This document shows, piece after piece, positions 1 through 13,206 of a DNA stretch of 64,000 nt (positions are counted from its first letter, which is position 1; every line of letters begins with the position of its first letter). The position numbers were made by a program, and so were the translations under genes. Under the pieces are notes generated by a model that saw only the letters and a program-made list of their open reading frames with translations, had not been told where the DNA came from and did no database searches. Source of the DNA: Octopus sinensis (taxonomy: Eukaryota); contig NC_043005.1 in assembly GCF_006345805.1 (NCBI RefSeq), forward strand, positions 100,502,001 to 100,566,000, read 5' to 3'.

Positions 1-435
1 TTCTTTTATTCTTTTAGATGTTTCAGTCATTTGACTGTGGTCATGCTGGAGCACTGCATTTAGTCGAACAAATTGACCCCAGGACTTATTCTTTATAAGC
101 ATAGAACTTATTCTATCGATCTGTGAACCGCCAATTTATGGGAACGTAAACACACCAACATCAGTTGTCATGCGTTGATGGGGGACAAACAGACACACAA
201 ATACACACACACATGCACACACACACACACACACCACACACACACACACCACACACACACACACATATATACGATGGGCTTTTTTTAGTTTCCATCTACC
301 AAGTTCACTCACAAGACTTTGATTGACTTGAGGCTATAGTAGAAGACACTTGTCCAAGGTGTCTCATAGTAGGACTGAATCCGAAACCATTTGGTTGGTA
401 AGCAAGCTACTTACCACACAGCCACTCCTATGCCT
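1..435 (-). mobile_element. SINE family B (tRNA-like head, CORE-like box, internal CA/TA microsatellite)
   Basis: Same element recurs more than 10 times in the window. Minus strand has A box tggctgtgtgg, B box-like ggttcagtcc, ccttgg(g/a)caagtgtctt box, internal (CA)n, and 3' end cagtcaaatgactgaaaca plus A-rich tail. Confidence 0.85.
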
Positions 436-477
436 ATGTGTTGATATTTTATTATTACTAGTAGTAGCAGTAGTAAT

Positions 478-690
478 AAGGTGGTGAGCTGGCAGAACCA
501 TTAGCACACTGGGTAAAAGGCTTAAAAGTATTCTGCACATCTTTATGGTCTGAGTTCAAATTTCATGGGGATCGACTTTCATCCTTTCAGGGATCGATAA
601 ATTTAGTACCAGTAAAACACTGGGGTAGACATAATCGACTAGTCCGCTCCAACCAAACTTCAGGCCTTGTACTTTTAGTAGAAAAGAGTA
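478..690 (+). mobile_element. SINE family A, tail type 2
   Basis: Head ggtggtgagctggcagaa, B box gagttcaaat, body gtcgactt/gatcgactt...gtaccag...cactgggg; flanked by AGT/ATT trinucleotide tracts. Confidence 0.75.
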
Positions 691-833
691 TTATTGTTAT
701 TGTTGCTGTTGTTACTATTTTATTTCTCAAACTCTTGATCTTACTTGCTCTTGTTGAATCTGTGAGAGCAGACAGCAACCTGTTGTCAGAGTCCTTGTGC
801 CAAAATTTGAAGCCATTATTATTATTATTATTA

Positions 834-1193
834 CTGAGTGAGAGAGCAGTGCATGCCATCAAAGTGACACTGGGGTAAAATATACGAAGCCCAGTATACT
901 CACCATGACTACCCGTCTGATAAGGGTACACCAGGCACATACATCACAACCATATGTGCGCGACATGGTGATCTCATATCAAGATAAACAGCACATGACC
1001 TTGCAGGTGGGGCCCAGTTAGAATTTTCTTCTGGTCGAGTAGCCTATCCTGCTCAAAAGGTCCCTGAATAAGGATTGCTTAAGGATGTTGAATGAACCAC
1101 TCATGTTTCCAACGGTGAATTATCCAAACCTCTAAGAATTCCTTTCAACACACGGCTATGATGCTCCCACACTTATTATTATGATTATTATTA

Positions 1194-1230
<37 letters not shown>

Positions 1231-1589
1231 TGAGTGAGAGAGCAGTGCATGCCATCAAAGTGACACTGGGGTAAAATATACGAAGCCCAGTATACTCACC
1301 ATGACTACCCGTCTGATAAGGGTACACCAGGCACATACATCACAACCATATGTGCGTGACATGGTGATCTCATATCAAGATAAACAGCACATGACCTTGC
1401 AGGTGGGGCCCAGTTAGAATTTTCTTCTGGTCGAGTAGCCTATCCTGCTCAAAAGGTCCCTGAATAAGGATTGCTTAAGGATGTTGAATGAACCACTCAT
1501 GTTTCCAACGGTGAATTATCCAAACCTCTAAGAATTCCTTTCAACACATGGCTATGATGCTCCCACACTTATTATTATGATTATTATTA

Positions 1590-1629
<40 letters not shown>

Positions 1630-1967
1630 TGAGTGAGAGAGCAGTGCATGCCATCAAAGTGACACTGGGGTAAAATATACGAAGCCCAGTATACTCACCA
1701 TGACTACCCGTCTGATAAGGGTACACCAGGCACATACATCACAACCATATGTGCGTGACATGGTGATCTCATATCAAGATAAACAGCACATGACCTTGCA
1801 GGTGGGGCCCAGTTAGAATTTTCTTCTGGTCGAGTAGCCTATCCTGCTCAAAAGGTCCCTGAATAAGGATTGCTTAAGGATGTTGAATGAACCACTCATG
1901 TTTCCAACGGTGAATTATCCAAACCTCTAAGAATTCCTTTCAACACATGGCTATGATGCTCCCACAC
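834..1967 (-). repeat. Three tandem copies of a 339-bp family-E retroposon fragment separated by (ATT)n
   Basis: Units 834-1172, 1230-1568 and 1629-1967 (period 396-399) are near-identical; a longer homologous copy lies at 12701-13206. Confidence 0.95.
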
Positions 1968-1988
1968 TTATTATTATGATTATTATTA

Positions 1989-2046
<58 letters not shown>

Positions 2047-3615
2047 TATTATGAATCATCACTGCATCATCATCATCATCATTGTCATTAGTAGTAGTAG
2101 TAGTAGTAATATCAGAAGCAGCAGCAATATTAATAGCTGACAACACACACTAAATTTATTTTAATCTGGAGATAGAACATCTCACATTAACAGAAGGGAA
2201 GCAAAATGAAATTATGCGATATTTTATGCCTTTCTCAGAAGTAATAATGATGATGCATGCACTGTGAAATTGCTGGCAGTGGGAATTGAAACTGGGTTGT
2301 ACTGTTAACCCTATAGCATTCTGTACTTTCATCTTCAACATTGATCTCAATGGAATTTAGCAATGTAAACGAAGTGAAATGTTTTGAACTGTGGAATAGA
2401 AACGGATGATATCCTTGGTTGTCAATAAGGTTACACCTAGTTCATATTATGTCCCCAATAATGGATACAATTCTAGTATTGAAACACACAATTATCACCA
2501 GAGAGGAATTAAAACAACAAACAAAAATATATATGGAGAAAAAAAAACAATAGCAAGGGAAGACTCCATTGATAGATTTAAAAATGTCAATTTATATTGA
2601 AAATGTTGCAAAATGGAATAAAGAACATTTATTTCACAAGAGACCAGTAAAAGTAGCAACAGCACGTTATGTAAATTGAAGCTGAATTAGATCTTATGAG
2701 TTGAGATAATTCTATTTATTCGTGTTGAGGAACTGAAGATGGTAAAAGCCCCTACAGATTATCAAAATCAGAATGTTTAACAACTCCATTATTTACAGGG
2801 GAGCTATCATTCTATTTTATTGTAGTTTCATCAATTTAGTTTTATTGTTTGTTTGATGTATATTTTTTGTTATTAAATCATATCTGTTGCTTTTATTTAC
2901 AGTTGTTATCAACTACTCTACCATCATCATCTCACTTAAATCATTAAGATCCTTCTTTATCAACAGCTTGGTAATTTCTTCAAGGTACAGAGAAGTTCCT
3001 GGTGATCTAAATCTATGATCCAGTACCCTAGAGAGCAGTATGACAAATTCTCCTGAACTAAAATCACTTGTGAAGTCAAAATTGAAATTGATAGAATAAA
3101 TTGCAAAATCAAATAACCTCCATTTTTGAAGTGTATATTTATAATACTATTATATTAGAAGGTTTGGAGATGATCTACAGGAATTTTATATTAGAAGAAA
3201 TGAGGTACTCAAAAATTCAGATGGTTTTATATTTACAGATATTTATTTGTATATTACATGTTTTTATACATCATACATCATATATCATGTATCAGTGCTT
3301 TCATCCATTCTAGTGGAGACATCAAATTGAACTAAGTTCTTGCAGGAATTTTGACTCTTTTTATAGTAGTATTGAGTGTGTAGTGGTGGGGAGAGATATA
3401 AGATAGTACAAAAGGGTGATGAATGGGGAGAAAGTGAGAGAGAGCATGAGTGTGTGTGTGTGTGTGTGTGTGCATGTGTGTATTTTTGTATCTGAAAGTT
3501 GTGTTAAAGAAAAAGAAGGAAAGGAAGAAAAGAGAGAGAAAGAAGAAAAAAAATACTTATAATACTATATATACACACCTTTAGAATGTATTTACAGTAG
3601 TGTGTGTCTGTATAT

Positions 3616-3925
3616 TCACAATCATGAGGTAGTGAGTTCAATTCCTGGACCAGGCTGTGTTGTGTTCTTGAGCAAGACACTTTATTTCACTTTGCTCCAG
3701 TTCACTCAGCTGTAGAAATGAGTTGTGACGTCACTGGTGCCAAGCTGTATTGGCTTTTAGCCTTTCTCTTGGATAACATCGATGGTGTGGAGAGGGGAGG
3801 CCGGTATGCATGGGTGACTGCTGGTTTTCCATAAAAGCCTTGCCTAGACTTGTGCCTTGGAGAGGAACTTTCTAGGTACAATCCCATGGTCATTCATGAC
3901 TGAAGGGGGTCTTTACCCCTTACCT
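3616..3925 (+). mobile_element. SINE family C, 5'-truncated
   Basis: gagttcaattcc B box, then ttcttgagcaagacacttt...cactcagctgtagaaatgagt; matches the full copies at 20147 and 53592. Confidence 0.85.
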
Positions 3926-3961
3926 TTGTGTGTCTGTGTGTCTGTGTGTGTGTGTGTAATA

Positions 3962-4085
3962 GGAAGACTCAGAAGAATGTGGGACAAGTGGTGAAAAATG
4001 ATCTTCTCTGCTGAGCCTCAAAGAAGAAATGACAAAGGACCAAATGATTGGTGATTTGCTGCACTTGAGAAGACCCATTAGCTTA
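3962..4085 (+). mobile_element. Decayed RTE-clade LINE 3' end
   Basis: Frameshifted match to the RPRKTWD.VVK.DL...EMTKD..W C-terminal pattern; homologous to 14165-14375. Confidence 0.5.
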
Positions 4086-4570
4086 GTAAAAGTGAGGCCA
4101 TAAAAGCATGTCCTTTATGTCTACGCTCCATCAAGCACACATACTATCTGTCCCCTGGCAAGCACCTCCCTAACAAGCTTTCCTCCCACCTGTGCTCACT
4201 ATCTGTTGGGTTCCACTCCCTTCTATCTTCCACTCTCTCTCACAAACATACCTGCACACAATTTGTCCCCTTTGAGTTTCTTCCCCACTTTATATCCTCA
4301 AAATACCCATTTCCCCTACTTGTGCCCACCCAACATTCCCTCCTTGCTTCAAGACCCACCATCCTTTTGTAATCTCAGGAATTTACTCACCCACTCACCA
4401 TCTCCAATCCCTGCCAATTCCCTTAATCCTGCCCCTCACATTTTCACCATCTTCTCTCTCTTTCTCCAACTGAGATAGTTGTGCTTCTCCTCTACTGCAA
4501 AGCACCTTTTTCTGTCCCTGAGGGACAAAACCTGCCTCAGTTAAGGAGTCTTGTCTTGCAGGTTACTTAA

Positions 4571-4766
4571 GCACCTAAACCAGCCATATTCAGCCAATGT
4601 ATTCTGTTTTATGTTCAAACCAGCTAGATCTGGCCTCTCACACAAACCCAACAATGTCATCCTAAAAATATCAAAATCTTAAAATTACGAGATAATGCAT
4701 GACTAATTGGAAATAATGTCAATAAATAAGCATTGCATTTGACGGAGTAAACTGAATACTAAAGGG
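4571..4766. mobile_element. piggyBac-like MITE (family with ccctttagcat-type ends), left end eroded
   Basis: Right end aatactaaaggg, TTAA at 4567-4570; internal blocks ctctcacac and taatgcatga shared with 25887-26027. Confidence 0.55.
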
Positions 4767-6665
4767 CTGAGCCCCTATTGGTTACATCTTTCATTTCAGA
4801 CTGGGGGACCTGGCATGGAGTCTAATCACTGATTAATTAAAAGGTCAATATTTATGAGAGAGAGAGAGAGAGAGAGAGATGATTGTTTGAAGAATGTTCT
4901 GTATGTTACTGTTGCCATTTCTGTAATGAACCCCAATAAAAAAAGGGACTGAAACTATATGTTGTTTGTCAGTGTTTATTACAGCAGCACCAGCAGCCAC
5001 AACACCATCACTATTCCGTGTACACAATGCACTATACATTTGTATTGCTATTATGACTAATAATTAAGTACAGTTATTTCAAAAATGAAAGCTATTATGT
5101 GTTTAAATCTAGTTAAAAAGGGATTAGAAATCAATAGAAATAAAATACGAGCTTTTCTTTTTTGTTGTAGTTGATGAATACAATTACTTTATTTTGTAAT
5201 TTTCTTTGAAGGTGAAAATTAAAAAGCAAGAAAAAAATAAGAGAAATATATAGAAATTTGAGATAGTATTTTGATTCTTCATAAAAGTACTTCAAATATC
5301 AAAACTGTTGATGCATCAGCGGCACCAAAGATAGGTGATTATTCCTCTATCTAATAATGAAGTAGTGATTTTGTTCCTTGTTTTTTATATTCTCTATTTT
5401 CCTCCTTTTTATTGCTGTATTTATTTATTTATTTTTGGCTATTGTATTTCTAAAAGAGATCAAAGGCCAGAGATATAGATTTATAAAGCTATTTTATCGA
5501 TAAAAATCTTAATGCAAATAGATTAAAGCATCCCACCCTGTAAAAACCAACCAAACATTGTAAAACAGAGGAGGGGAAATACTGTTTGTTTTGATGGAAA
5601 TTATGTCAAAAACATATCCAAAGTTGCCACAGTAAAATTATAATTGCTACATAAGTACAGACAACAAACCAGCTACTGTTAAAAGTCACCACTCTGCCGC
5701 CATACAACAATTCACTCTACTAATGTGGTACTACATTGATGACTTCGCTCTACAATAGTTGGCAACAGTCTGAAACAGAATGCAGCGAAAAATTAATGTA
5801 TCAATATTTTTAGAATGCAACCATGTTTTATTCATATTTGAGATGGTTCTATTGATTTCCAGCATTTAAAGTGCTATGATTTTTGGTACACTATTCCAAA
5901 TTCTTCACTCAATTTGGTTTATTTATTTATTTATTTAAAACAATAAATGCTGGTTTTCCCTTAGTTCAATAATGAGAACAAAATTAGCATCTAATACTGA
6001 TTGATAAACAGTTTAATGATTAAGGAAGACTATAAACCCAAACTGGATAAATACTTAACTATTTTAAAAGACTCTAACAGTAAATAATACAATATTTCAA
6101 TCATTGCTGTTTCATAACTGTAATTTGGTAATGGTTATTATATACCAATGAGAATCTCTGTCAGAATCAGCTCAATAAAAAATAAATTTCATTCATAGCA
6201 AAACAGAATACAAAACACAACAGATTAAAGTTTAATGAATATTTATTAGAAAAATTGTAACAGTCTACAAATGTAATAACACTGGAATTATAAACAAGCC
6301 ACAAGATAAGATTAGTTATTCATACTGTTGATATAAATTTTATATTAGTACACCTATGAATGTTAGTGATTAATCTCTTGTATATCAAAGTCTTTATGTT
6401 TAAGAGTGACGTTGGTGTGGAGTGAGGGTGAAGCGAGAGAATAATCGATATTTGTGCTGTCATTCATCAAACATACACACAAAACTGCAGCGAGAGAAAT
6501 ATTAGCACAAAATTATTCAATACAAAATAGAAATGTCTATTTTCCTAAAAACTAATGATGAATCTAAAAACACTTGATTGTGTTACAACATCATATTTTA
6601 AACATTTCAACCATTGCAATACACCCAGAAAACACGACCAAACAAATAATAATAATAATAATAAT

Positions 6666-6881
6666 CCTTTCTACTACAGGCACAATGCCTGAAATTTGGT
6701 GGGAGAGGTGCAGTCAATTATATCAACCCTAGTACTCAACTGGTATATAATTAATAGACCCCAAGAGGATAAAAGGCAATGTCAACCTCAGTGGAATTTG
6801 AACTCAGAACGCTGCGTCAGAGGAAACACTGCTAAGCATTTTGCCTGGCATGCTAATGATTCTGCCAGCTAGCCACCTCAC

Positions 6882-6921
<40 letters not shown>

Positions 6922-7058
6922 TCTTTTTACTAAAGGCACAAGGCCTGAAATTTTTGGGGAGGAGACTAGTCGATCACATCGACCCCAGTGTTTCACTGGT
7001 ACTTAATTTATTGACCCTGAAAGGATGAAAGCAATGTTGACCTCGGCGGAATTTGAAC

Positions 7059-7098
<40 letters not shown>

Positions 7099-7580
7099 AA
7101 TGAAGATGATAGACACAAGGCCTGAAATTTTGTGGAAGGAGTCAATTCAATTGCATCAACCTCAGTTTTCAACTCGCACACATTTTAACAACCATGAAAG
7201 GATCAAAGGCAAAACCAGCCTTGGTAGAATTTGAACTCAGAACACATAGCACAAGAAGAAATGCCGCTAAGCATTTTGTCCAGCACAGTAACAACTCCAC
7301 CAACTCACCTCTGTTATGATAATGATAATAATCTTTCCTATTATAGGCACAAAGATAGCAATTTTGAGGGAGAGGATAAGTTGATTACATTGACCCCAGT
7401 GTTCAACAGGTACTTACTTTATCGACCCTGAAAAGATGAAAAGCAAAGTCGACCTCAGTGGAATTTGAACTCAGAACATATAGACAGATTTAAATGCTGC
7501 TAAGCACTTTGTCCAGTGTCCGACCGATTTTGCTAGCTCATTGCCTTAATAATAATAATAATAATATAATAATAATAATA

Positions 7581-7612
<32 letters not shown>

Positions 7613-7843
7613 TATAATAATAATAATCCTTTCTACTACAGGCACAATGCCTGAAATTTGGTGGGAGAGGTGCAGTCAATTATATCAACCCTAGTACTCA
7701 ACTGGTATATAATTAATAGACCCCAAGAGGATAAAAGGCAATGTCAACCTCAGTGGAATTTGAACTCAGAACGCTGCGTCAGAGGAAACACTGCTAAGCA
7801 TTTTGCCTGGCATGCTAATGATTCTGCCAGCTAGCCACCTCAC

Positions 7844-7877
<34 letters not shown>

Positions 7878-8014
7878 TCTTTTTACTAAAGGCACAAGGC
7901 CTGAAATTTTTGGGGAGGAGACTAGTCGATCACATCGACCCCAGTGTTTCACTGGTACTTAATTTATTGACCCTGAAAGGATGAGAGCAATGTTGACCTC
8001 GGCGGAATTTGAAC

Positions 8015-8053
<39 letters not shown>

Positions 8054-8985
8054 TAATAATAATAATGAAGATGATAGACACAAGGCCTGAAATTTTGTGG
8101 AAGGAGTCAATTCAATTGCATCAACCTCAGTTTTCAACTCGCACACATTTTAACAACCATGAAAGGATCAAAGGCAAAACCAGCCTTGGTAGAATTTGAA
8201 CTCAGAACACATAGCACAAGAAGAAATGCCGCTAAGCATTTTGTCCAGCACAGTAACAACTCCACCAACTCACCTCTGTTATGATAATGATAATAATCTT
8301 TCCTATTATAGGCACAAAGATAGCAATTTTGAGGGAGAGGATAAGTTGATTACATTGACCCCAGTGTTCAACAGGTACTTACTTTATCGACCCTGAAAAG
8401 ATGAAAAGCAAAGTCGACCTCAGTGGAATTTGAACTCAGAACATATAGACAGATTTAAATGCTGCTAAGCACTTTGTCCAGTGTCCGACCGATTTTGCTA
8501 GCTCATTGCCTTAATAATAATAATAATAATAATAATAATAGTAATAATAATAATAATAATAATCCTTTCTACTATAGCCACAAGGCCTGAAATCGGGGGG
8601 GAAGGGTATAGTCGATAACATCGACCCCAGTGCTTAACTGGTATTTAATTTATTGACCATGGAAGGATGAAGAGTAAAGTCAACCTCAGCAGAATTTGAA
8701 CTCAGAACGTAAAGACAGATGAAATGTCGCTAAATGTTTCACCCGGCATGCTAATGATTCTGCCAGCTTGCTTCCTTAGTAATAATAATAATGTTCATGA
8801 TCGTTTCTACTATAGGCAAAAGGTTTGAAATTTTTCGGGAAGGGATTAAGTCAATTACATCAACGCTAGTGCTTAACTGGTACATTTAGTGGTATTTGAA
8901 CTCAGAATCAGAACATAAAGAGGTGGAAGAGATTTTGCTGAGTATCTAGTCTGATTTTACTAACAATTCTGCAAGTTCAGCACCT
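6666..8985 (-). repeat. Chain of about 10 co-oriented family-A SINEs separated by (AAT)n, including a ~962-bp tandem duplication
   Basis: Recurrent ttctact...ggcacaaggcctgaaatt tails and gaactcagaa...ctgccagct heads; 6666-7547 is nearly identical to 7628-8512. Confidence 0.9.
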
Positions 8986-9234
8986 TAATGATGATGATGA
9001 TGATGAAAGAATCAACAACAACAATATAAAATGCTAAATAGTAACAGCTTTAATTTCTTGACATCCAAATACAAGATATGTGCCTCATGGCAAGTCAATA
9101 GTTTGGTGTAAAAGTGTGGAGAAAGGTAACTTCTACTGGATATTCTCACATTCCTTGCTGGTTTCTAGAGCAAAACAGGCCAAGATTGAACTTTATTTAT
9201 ACCATAACAAGCAATAATGAATATATTTATACCT

Positions 9235-9653
9235 ATTTCTTTACTACTCAGAAAGGGCTAAACACAGAGAGGACAAACAAGGACAGACAAACGGATTAAG
9301 TCGATTATATCGACCCCAGTGCGTAACTGATACTTATTTAATCAACCCTGAAAGGATGAAAGGCAAAGCTGACCACCATGGAATTTGAACTCAGAACATA
9401 ATGGCAGACAAAATACCTATATCTTTACTACCCACAAGGGGCTAAACACAGAGAGGACAAACAAGGACAGACAAATGGATTAAGTCAATTATATCGACCC
9501 CAGTGCATAACTGGTTCTTATTTGATCGACCCCGAAAGGATGAAAGGCAAAGTCGACCTCGGCAGAATTTGAACTCAGAACGTAGCGGCAGACGAAATAT
9601 GGCTACGCATTTCACCCGGCATGCTAACGTTTCTGCCAGCTCGCCGCCTTTTC
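9235..9653 (-). mobile_element. Family-A dimer (head + 2 units), tail type 1
   Basis: 18-bp TSD atgaatatatttatacct at 9217-9234 and 9654-9671; internal junction at 9416/9417. Confidence 0.92.
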
Positions 9654-11221
9654 ATGAATATATTTATACCTTTAAAGAATTCAATGGATCCCTGACTGCA
9701 ATCTTAGTACTGAAGCATACCAGAAGTTCACTGTTCTGCTAACATGATAGTTACTGATATACCGTTTGCAAATGTGGCTTAGAATGCAACAAAAGACAGT
9801 TTGCATGTTATTTAGACATCTTAAAACAGCATGTCTAGAGTTATTCAAAAGGAATGAAGCGATATTTCCAGAATGTGTATAAATAGAAATCTATTGTTGT
9901 GGTTACTAACTGCAGGAGTCGATAACTGAGCCAATGACAAGACATTATATTCTTGCAGAAGTAATGAAAGGAAATCCGGATACACTGACGTTTTACGAGA
10001 AGTCTGTAGCACTGTTTATACAAATGGAAGCTTCCATATAGAGTTTCTCTGACATCAAACTAATTAAAACTAAGAAATAACATCATTTTGACTAATAAGA
10101 GCGATAGTTTCATTACTAATTGTGAAAAGAGACTTGTGATTTAATGGCCAATATATAATTAACATTCAAGGGGCACACATACTAATGGAAGTGTAGTGGA
10201 AAGGTGTCATATATGTACCAGATTTACAGCACAAAGAACAGACTACTGTGTGGGCAAAATAATTAGAAATTACATGAATTCTTTAATGAATAAATGAGCA
10301 TGGATTGAACTGTCCAATAAATTTGGATAATTCCACAATGATAATGGAGATGAAGAAATTAGGGAATAGTTGAAAGAAAACTGCACAATCTCTATCTCTC
10401 TAACTTTACATTCCACCACTGCAGTCCGTTGTATTACAAGTCATTTAATATCACTTAGATGTAATACTGCCTCACAAACTACAGTTAATGTCACATCATT
10501 TAATGACTTCTGTAAATGCTGCCTTTCATTTTATAGCTAACCCTTTCAATTCTACTGCTACAAATTGTGTTCTTAATGGCAATTAACACTGAATTATCTG
10601 CTGAAATCAATTGACAAAGAACTAACAGTTGGACAACCGAGGCTGCTGGTAATACATTGTCTACCAATATGGTCATTGATTAGTTAACCTTAATATAATG
10701 TGTGTACGGTGAAGTCACTTGCATCCGCTATTTTACAAACTGGAACAAGGCCAAGGGGAAATCACAAATACTTGAGGAGATTACTGCTGGTCGGAGGGGA
10801 CAAGAATTAAAGAAATGACAAGAAAAGAATTTGTCATAATTGAAAGGATGCAGCTACATTTTTGTATGTAATAGATGAGTTGGGGTGGTGTCTAATTGAG
10901 TGTTACTATATAAAGACCAATACACAATGAATAATCACCTGACTTTTAACATAAGGCACTACCTGTAATCCATTTGATAAAGTACTGAGTTGTAGCACAG
11001 AGTCCAGTATATTATCCCCCACAATTCTTCTCTTTCCCCATTTCCTTTTTTATAGCAAATTGTAAGCTGTTCATGCAATGTTCCCCTCATTGGATGCCAC
11101 AGATGCAAATAAAAGGTCCAGAGCTGGCAGAATAATGTGCATGTCAGACAAAATGCTGCCAGTTTATTTTATGTTCTGAGTTCAAATATTGCCAAAATCA
11201 ATTTTACATTTCACCCATTAC

Positions 11222-11390
11222 ACTCTCGGAGTGGTTGATGTTAGGAAGGGCATCCTGCTGTAGAGACCATGCTAAATCGGACTGGAACCTGGTGCAGCTC
11301 TCAAGCTTGCCAGTTCCAATCAAACCGTCTAACCCATGCCAGCATGGAAAGCAGATGCTAAATGATGATGGTGATGATGATGATAATGAT
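11222..11390 (+). mobile_element. Family D retroposon 3' part, (GAT)n tail
   Basis: ttaggaagggcatcc...ccaacccatgccagcatggaaagc-type 3' module ending in (gat)n. Confidence 0.8.
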
Positions 11391-11571
11391 TTGACCCTTT
11401 CAGGGTTGATAAAGTAGGTACCAGTCTAGTACTGGTGTCAATGCAATCAACTAGTTCCTTCTTCTCAAAATTGCTTTTTATGAAAATTAGAAAGAATTGT
11501 CGTCATCGTCGTCACTGCCACCACCACCACTGCCACCACCACCACCACTCTTCTTCTTCTTCTTCTTCTTC

Positions 11572-11612
<41 letters not shown>

Positions 11613-11614
<2 letters not shown>

Positions 11615-11845
11615 GGCAGTGAGTTGGCAGAATCCTTAGTGCATCAAACAAAATGCTTAGTGGCATTTCTTCTCGCTTGTTATGTTCTCAGTTCAGATTC
11701 CACTGGGGGTAAACTTTGCCTTTCCTCCATGAAAGGGTTGATAAACTAAGTACCTGTTGAGCAGTCGGAGGCAGGGCATATGATCTAATTGACTAGTCCC
11801 CTCCTCCCCAAATTTCAGGATTTGTGCCAATAGTGGAAAGAATCC
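11613..11845 (+). mobile_element. SINE family A, tail type 2
   Basis: Directly follows a long (ATT)n; head ggcagtgagttggcagaa; tail ttgtgccaatagtggaaagaat. Confidence 0.8.
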
Positions 11846-11924
11846 TCCTCCTCCTCATCATCATCATCAATATAGAAAGGATTGAGATAATATCTCCTGA
11901 AGATATAGAGTCAAAATGTACCCA

Positions 11925-12313
11925 TGCTAGTAGGGTGCTAAGAGCACCATCCGAGTGTGATCGTTGCCAGAGCGGCTGACTGGCTTCCGTGCCAGTGGTA
12001 CGTAAAAGGCACCAGTCGAGCGTGATTGTTACAGCATCGCCTTACTGGCACCTGTGCTGGTGGCACATGTAAAAAGATTCGGGCGAGGTCATTGCCAGTA
12101 CTACCTGACTGGCCCCCATGCTTGTGGCATGTAAAAAGCACCCACTACACTCTCAGAGTGGTCAGCGTTAGGAAGGGCATCCAGCTGTAGAAACCCTGCC
12201 AGATCAAGATTGGAGCCTGGTGCAGCCATCTGGTTCACCAGTCCTCTGTCAAAATCGTCCAACCCATGCCAGCATGGAAAGCGGACGTTAAACGATGATG
12301 ATGATGATGATGA
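11925..12313 (+). mobile_element. Family D retroposon with internal ~65-bp repeats
   Basis: Repeated gtgcyggtggcacrtaaaa units, then the conserved 3' module and (gat)n tail. Confidence 0.85.
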
Positions 12314-12457
12314 TCAGTGCAACTGTTATCTAGTGAATGATATTTCGACATCTTGTGTGTCTTCAACTGGTCAAAAAAGGTCACAACATGTCGAAATATC
12401 GTTCACTAGATAACAATGGCACTCTTCATTTAATTTTGACTCTATCCTTATTATTAC

Positions 12458-12494
<37 letters not shown>

Positions 12495-12700
12495 GTTGTA
12501 AATGCATGTCAACGTCAATAAAGTAGAGTCCATTTCCACTCTCTCATAAAAATCTATCCAGTCATGATGAAGGTAACCTTACTTGGAAAGAGGTGAGTGT
12601 TGGTGACAGGAAGGGCATCCGGTCAAGGAAAATCCACCTCAACAAGTTCTGTCCCACCCATGCAAGCAGGGAGATGTGCACATTAAATGATTATTATTAT

Positions 12701-13206
12701 TGAGTGAGAGAGCAGTGCATGCCATCAAAACGACACTGGGGTAAAATATACGAAGCCCAGTATTGCCATCATGACTATACTTCTGATAAGGGTACACCAG
12801 GCACATGCATCACAAACATATGTGCACGACATGGTGATCTCATATCAAGATAAACAGCACATGACCTTGCAGGTGGGGCCCTGTTAGAATTTTCTTCTGG
12901 TTGAGTAACCCATCCTGCTGAAAAGATCTCTGAATAAGGGTTGTTTAAGGATGATGAACGAAACACCCATGTTTCCAGAGGAGAATTATTCAAACCCCAA
13001 AGAATCCCTCTCAACACATGGCTATGATGCTCCCCCACTACTTCTGCTCGTGATCAGAGATGCACATATCGTCAGCCACTAAGGGACATGCTCAACTGGT
13101 TAAGGTCAAACAACTGACAAGCAAATCTGTGGTATTCAGCAGAATATTTGCTGGAGCCAATCTTTTATACCAAGACAAAACAATGTATATGATAACACTT
13201 CCAATC
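12701..13206 (-). mobile_element. Family E retroposon, longer copy, (AAT)n on both sides
   Basis: Homologous to the 834-1967 units and extends about 170 bp further 5'; ATT tracts at both boundaries. Confidence 0.85.

Noticed and set aside
2903-2984. Candidate exon (ttttatttacag|...caag|gtacag), with an open frame on the opposite strand too
   Set aside because: No recognisable homology; short open frames like this are expected by chance.
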